This document shows positions 33,873 to 37,525 of a stretch of 37,525 nucleotides of DNA, in pieces. The notes under the pieces were generated by a model that saw nothing but the letters and a program-made list of their open reading frames with translations, was not told the DNA's origin and ran no database searches. A program made the translations under genes and the position numbers. How positions within the stretch are numbered: position 1 is the stretch's first letter; every line of letters starts with the position of its first letter. The stretch is from IMG/VR virus record IMGVR_UViG_3300033407_000069, positions 1-37,525 of that record; one strand, 5' to 3'. The stretch comes from a virus (Duplodnaviria; Caudoviricetes).

Positions 33873-34180
33873 GACAGCCCCATCTCCGCGAGCGCCGCGT
33901 CAGTGGCCGTGAGGGCGCAGCAGCCAGGGCACCATTCGCCGTCGCCGTGGGCGCAGAGCCCCGGCCCTGGCGAATGTCCATGCTGCTCCAGCGCCTCCCA
34001 CAGCGCCTGGACCTGGCGGGCGAGGGTATGCTCGTCATGCTCCAAATCGTTCAGCTTTTCTAGGGCGCGGATATGGACGCCATGCACATCGTCACCCGTG
34101 CAGCCGCATTCGGCACTAGCATGGCGAAGCAGCGCCGCAAGCGCCCGGATAGTCCTTCCGGGGAAGGACGGGGCGGTCAT
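33869..34180 (-). CDS. Hypothetical protein
   Basis: ATG 34180 (ATGA overlap); ends ATDAALAEMGLS. Confidence 0.6.
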   Translation of the reverse strand: MTAPSFPGRTIRALAALLRHASAECGCTGDDVHGVHIRALEKLNDLEHDEHTLARQVQALWEALEQHGHSPGPGLCAHGDGEWCPGCCALTATDAALAEMGLS

Positions 34181-34560
34181 GGCTTTGCCGCGAAGTCCGG
34201 GTGCTTCGACTTCATGTGGCGCGCGAGGCCGACGAAGCTCCTCTTGCAGCACGGACACATGCCACCTACGGCTCGCTGCTTGAGCGAACGGTTCTTCTTC
34301 GCGAGCGTCATGTTGTCGTTGGCGAGGCGGCTCTTCTCCAGCTCGGCGCGACGCAGCGCGGAGTGCGCCTGGCTAAGCTCGGCCTCAAACGATTTCCCTG
34401 AATACACCTGACCGTGACCGTTCGGACAGTAGAAAGTATCTTTGTCTCTCTGCCGCATGTTGTCCATGTCATCCGTCATGCCGAAACAGACGCCGCACTT
34501 GTAACAGAAGATCGGCTCAAGGATGATCGTCGCAGTTCGGGTAAGATACTTCACGGCCAT
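34177..34560 (-). CDS. Zn-finger/coiled-coil phage protein
   Basis: CYKCG..F, FYCPNGH, coiled coil, CPCCKRSF..LARHMKSKHP (C2H2-like). Confidence 0.8.
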   Translation of the reverse strand: MAVKYLTRTATIILEPIFCYKCGVCFGMTDDMDNMRQRDKDTFYCPNGHGQVYSGKSFEAELSQAHSALRRAELEKSRLANDNMTLAKKNRSLKQRAVGGMCPCCKRSFVGLARHMKSKHPDFAAKP

Positions 34561-34573
34561 CTTCGTTCTCCCT

Positions 34574-34741
34574 TCAGACTTCGAGCCCCAGCGCCAGCAA
34601 GTCCCGCCTTCTCAGCGCCACCACGCTCTGCAGCAGCGCCACGCCGGCCTCGTTCATCGTGTCCTGGTGCCGCACCAGCAGGCGCTCGGCGCGCGCTAGC
34701 TGCGCGCGGTAGAGAGCGGCCCAGACGGCGGGGCTAGTCAT
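34574..34741 (-). CDS. Hypothetical protein (55 aa)
   Basis: ATG 34741 with ATGA overlap and GAGGAG upstream. Confidence 0.55.
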   Translation of the reverse strand: MTSPAVWAALYRAQLARAERLLVRHQDTMNEAGVALLQSVVALRRRDLLALGLEV

Positions 34742-34941
34742 GGAAACGGCTCCTCCGTCATCGCTTCCGCGTGCTTCTGGTTCACCGTCTCGACAACGAG
34801 CCCCGCTGCATGGTGATTCTGAAAGTAGGCGATGGCTTGTCCGTCCGCGTCCTTGATGTAGATGCCGCCTTTGCGTATTGGCTTCCCCAGGCTCCACGGC
34901 CGAGGGTGCTGATCATGGCGGCGCTGGTACAGGTCAGTCAT
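34738..34941 (-). CDS. Hypothetical protein (67 aa)
   Basis: ATG 34941; PW...IKDADG..IA pattern. Confidence 0.6.
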   Translation of the reverse strand: MTDLYQRRHDQHPRPWSLGKPIRKGGIYIKDADGQAIAYFQNHHAAGLVVETVNQKHAEAMTEEPFP

Positions 34942-35072
34942 CGCTTCCGTACTCCGTACTGCCGCATCAGCGCGGCCTTCTTCTCCCCCTTGCGCCGCCC
35001 GCTGCGACGGTGGACGACGCGGTCGGTCGGGCGCTTCTCCTTGGGCTGCAGGCGCCGAGCGGTCTTGCTCAT
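34938..35072 (-). CDS. 44-aa highly basic peptide (not in ORF track)
   Basis: MSKTARRLQPKEKRPTDRVVHRRSGRRKGEKKAALMRQYGVRKR; ATGA coupling on both sides. Confidence 0.55.
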   Translation of the reverse strand: MSKTARRLQPKEKRPTDRVVHRRSGRRKGEKKAALMRQYGVRKR

Positions 35073-35332
35073 CTCCGATCGATGTGCTCCGTGCCGCATG
35101 TCGCGCAGACACAGCGCGGAAACGCTTTCGGCCCGTGCCTAGCCCTCGGGCGCGGCGCGCACATGAAGCAAAGGTTATCCTCGGGCCGATCCATGCTACG
35201 CTCCAAGATCATCACGGCGGACTCGAAGTCCTTGTCGCACCTCGTGTACGCGCCTACGTTACCTACGGGCCAGAAATGCCACTTCGATCTGCGCTCCTTG
35301 CCGGTCAACGTCTGGAATCTAATCCAGGGCAT
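35069..35332 (-). CDS. Cys-rich hypothetical protein (87 aa)
   Basis: ATG 35332; KWH...TRC...LCFMC motif. Confidence 0.6.
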   Translation of the reverse strand: MPWIRFQTLTGKERRSKWHFWPVGNVGAYTRCDKDFESAVMILERSMDRPEDNLCFMCAPRPRARHGPKAFPRCVCATCGTEHIDRR

Positions 35333-35345
35333 CAGCGACGATCCC

Positions 35346-36095
35346 TCACCACGGCCAGCACGCCCAGCCGCCTGTCCCCGCCGGGTCCACGTTGTTCGAC
35401 CACCAGGCCGTGTTCGCCCCGACGTGGTACAGGTCCTCGGCATTCGAAAGGCCCGTAGCCGCAGCCGCAGCACTCCATGACGTGGGCGCGAATTGCAAGG
35501 CGCTCAAGTGGTAGGAATCGCCGTAGCGCCAGGGCACGAGCAAGCCCGACGACTCGCCGCGTGGACATTCGGCATTCATCCACTGGCCCGATCCCATCGC
35601 GACGAAGTGCTCTAGCCATGCGGGGTTTCCTCCGTGGTCGAGGAAGCCCTGGCGGAAGGCGGCTTCAGCCCCGCTGCTATCCAGCACTTCGGACACGAGC
35701 TGTTCGTTGCTTCGTGGTTGCGCCCCATCCCCTGCTCGTCCGTCCAGAAGTGATGCGTCGTCAGCGCTTCGCTCGACCGCCTCCGCATAGGCCATGAGCG
35801 CAAACCCGCGAGAAAACGCGGAAGGCTGAGCATCTACGTGGGCCTCCGGACTAGCACAATCTCTAGCCGGATCTGGGCTCCACAATGCCGGCAGACCCAG
35901 CGATCGCCCTCCCGGTGATCCATGATCCCATGACAGAGAGCCACCGCCAGGCTCGTTACACGCGCTGTATCCAATGCTGCTTTCTTCTTCGCCACTAGGC
36001 GTCCCTCCTCCCGCGTCCCAGGCAGCAGCCAGCGCGGCACCAAGGGCGGTAGCCGCTAGAAGGCTCAGGGCTGCGCTGGGTGCGCGCCATCTCAG
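35346..36095 (-). CDS. Secreted lysozyme-like/lytic transglycosylase (Rpf/SLT-like), possible CTG start
   Basis: C-terminal ESSG...SALQFAPTSW...GGWACW. The frame stays open upstream through a signal-like stretch (AALSLLAATALGAALAAAW) to CTG 36095. Confidence 0.65.
   Translation of the reverse strand: MRWRAPSAALSLLAATALGAALAAAWDAGGGTPSGEEESSIGYSACNEPGGGSLSWDHGSPGGRSLGLPALWSPDPARDCASPEAHVDAQPSAFSRGFALMAYAEAVERSADDASLLDGRAGDGAQPRSNEQLVSEVLDSSGAEAAFRQGFLDHGGNPAWLEHFVAMGSGQWMNAECPRGESSGLLVPWRYGDSYHLSALQFAPTSWSAAAAATGLSNAEDLYHVGANTAWWSNNVDPAGTGGWACWPW
35834..35995 (-). CDS. 53-aa ORF nested in another frame of the transglycosylase gene
   Basis: GGAGGAGG upstream of GTG; MAKKKAAL...CH...WVCRHCG. 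Confidence 0.45.
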   Translation of the reverse strand: MAKKKAALDTARVTSLAVALCHGIMDHREGDRWVCRHCGAQIRLEIVLVRRPT

Positions 36096-36199
36096 GCCCT
36101 CGGCCTTTCGCTATGCTTGTCACACGGCAGTCGCCTCTCATCGGCAACAAGACAGCCGCAAGACAACCGTGTCCAGTGATACGTTACGCCACAAGTCAT
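36092..36199 (-). CDS. 35-aa Cys-rich peptide (not in ORF track)
   Basis: MTCGVTYHWTRLSCGCLVADERRLPCDKHSERPRA; GGAG-rich RBS. Confidence 0.5.
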   Translation of the reverse strand: MTCGVTYHWTRLSCGCLVADERRLPCDKHSERPRA

Positions 36200-36233
36200 C
36201 GCTCCCTCTCCCTCCCTCCCGTCTCGCCCAGCC

Positions 36234-36428
36234 CTACTGGGGCGAGTCCGGGGCTAGCGCGGCTGCGGCTGCATGTCGGTACAGCTCTCCGTTCTTCTTC
36301 ACCGCAACGATGGCTCCACAGTCCAAGCACATCGCCTTCGGGCGCACCGCGTGATCGTAGACTTTGCTGTATTGCGGGAAGATAGGCATACGGCTTAGGT
36401 CTCTTCTTCCGGGACAGTGCTGCTTCAT
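36234..36428 (-). CDS. Hypothetical protein (64 aa, Zn-binding)
   Basis: CPG...CLDCG..V.V..NG.L.RH; ATGA coupling. Confidence 0.65.
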   Translation of the reverse strand: MKQHCPGRRDLSRMPIFPQYSKVYDHAVRPKAMCLDCGAIVAVKKNGELYRHAAAAALAPDSPQ

Positions 36429-37162
36429 GGCGCGGCTGCGCTCCCCAGGTCGTGCTCGGCCAGGTAGCGGGCGCGCAAGGCCGCAAAGAACTCAGCGTCC
36501 GCTGGACAGCACATGCCTTCAGGATCGCTCGTCGCATCGTCTAGCGTCGCGTCGCGCGCCGCGTACACGACGTTGCGGACGGCGCGCTGGACGCCTTGCC
36601 AAGCTGCATCGTGCTCGCCAGCATCACACAGCGCGAGTGCGTACTTGCTCACGGCAAGGTTCTGTGCGGCCAGCGCGTCCTGTAGCGGCGTGGTTGTGGG
36701 TGCCTCCTCGCGATCATCCGGCAAGCCTGGGTCGAACCCAGGACTGGGCGCTGGGCGCGCTCGCTCCTCCTCGCGGGCGAGGGCGCGGGTCTCTGCGTTC
36801 TCAACAGCCCACTCGGCGGGCACTCCAGGACAGCCGCAGACTCCTTCCTTGCGCCGAATGCGGCAACTATGATCCTCGTAAATCCTTCGCAGCCCCAGGG
36901 CCTCCCGCGCCAGGGCCAGGTCGCGCGTAAGCGCGTCTATGCGGGTTATGCCCACATCCTCCAGCGCGTCGATGCGCTCCTGCTGGGCGTCCCAGGCGGC
37001 TAAGCAATCGTCCAAGGAGCCATCGGTCAGGGCGTCCAGGATCGCCTCTGTGCTGTACTCTGGGTCATAGAGTACCTGGCGTATCCCATCTCGGATGCCC
37101 TCCATGTGCTCCTCCGCCCACGCCTCGAACGTCCGCTCGCGCTTCTGCTCGGCTGCGCTCAT
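36425..37162 (-). CDS. Hypothetical protein (245 aa)
   Basis: AAGGAG before ATG 37162; acidic helical composite. Confidence 0.65.
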   Translation of the reverse strand: MSAAEQKRERTFEAWAEEHMEGIRDGIRQVLYDPEYSTEAILDALTDGSLDDCLAAWDAQQERIDALEDVGITRIDALTRDLALAREALGLRRIYEDHSCRIRRKEGVCGCPGVPAEWAVENAETRALAREEERARPAPSPGFDPGLPDDREEAPTTTPLQDALAAQNLAVSKYALALCDAGEHDAAWQGVQRAVRNVVYAARDATLDDATSDPEGMCCPADAEFFAALRARYLAEHDLGSAAAP

Positions 37163-37284
37163 GTCGCTCTCTCCTTGCAAGGGCACTGGACTTGGAGGTT
37201 CCCCGCCACGGCGACGACGAAGCAGCGCCCAGCGTGCGCGGCGTGGCGGCAGCCTGGGCAGTAGCGATCCACTACGGTGTTCAT
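37159..37284 (-). CDS. 41-aa Cys-rich peptide (not in ORF track)
   Basis: MNTVVDRYCPGCRHAAHAGRCFVVAVAGNLQVQCPCKERAT; ATGA coupling on both sides. Confidence 0.6.
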   Translation of the reverse strand: MNTVVDRYCPGCRHAAHAGRCFVVAVAGNLQVQCPCKERAT

Positions 37285-37525
37285 GGCTCTCGTATCTCGA
37301 TGACGTAGCCGTCGCCTGGGTCCACCAGCCGCAAGACGGGAGTCCGCGCGCCCGTAGCCAGCCGCCGCGCCTGCGCCATGCCGGAACGGAGCCAGGCGGG
37401 GATCGTGCGGCTTTTTACCTCGACCGAATCGTCGCCACGGATCACGTCTGCCCGTCCTGGCCCAGCTCTGCCGCGCCCGCCTGCCAGGCGCTCAGCCTTG
37501 GCAGCGCGCTTTTGTGTCTCGCGGG
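37281..37525 (-). CDS. PD-(D/E)XK nuclease, resolvase-like (partial, 5' end outside the window)
   Basis: Manual translation ...GRADVIRGDDSVEVKSRTIPAWLRSGMAQARR... Confidence 0.65.
   Translation of the reverse strand, partial: RETQKRAAKAERLAGGRGRAGPGRADVIRGDDSVEVKSRTIPAWLRSGMAQARRLATGARTPVLRLVDPGDGYVIEIREP

Noticed and set aside
35332-35619. 95-aa ORF overlapping the transglycosylase catalytic domain
   Set aside because: Arg-rich off-frame composition over the conserved domain, and the next gene has its own RBS. Not excluded, but unsupported.
1-37525. CRISPR array, tRNA, rRNA, IS element, integrase/att site
   Set aside because: No regularly spaced repeats, cloverleaf or transposase/integrase motifs were noticed by eye. 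A tRNAscan/Infernal run would be needed to exclude small RNAs.

Overview
A 37.5 kb segment of a GC-rich siphovirus genome (phage or prophage), probably temperate, with most genes on the minus strand. Read right to left along the minus strand, it holds: (1) early/middle genes, namely a PD-(D/E)XK nuclease, many tiny Cys-rich ORFs, a lysozyme-like transglycosylase, a LexA DNA-binding-domain-only protein, VRR-NUC, an HNH, a replication initiator with internal iterons and a DnaC-like loader; (2) a short inverted (+) operon ending in a ribbon-helix-helix protein; (3) a cos-type packaging module (HNH, TerS, TerL, HK97-type portal, ClpP-type protease, HK97-fold capsid); (4) head decoration and neck genes; (5) tail tube, frameshifting chaperone, tape measure, Dit and Gp37-like hub; and (6) a long series of fibre/spike genes running off the left edge. 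No lysis, integrase or CI repressor gene is visible; these probably lie outside the window. The most unusual elements are a methyltransferase/Zn-ribbon/glycosyltransferase cassette inserted between the tail terminator and tail tube genes (possible virion glycosylation), a Zn-finger-fused PAPS-reductase-family gene between the packaging HNH and the predicted cos, several structured cis RNAs, and small ORFs missed by the ORF track. A Chloroflexota-like host is a weak inference from the LexA fragment. All product calls come from motif recognition and synteny by eye; no searches were run.
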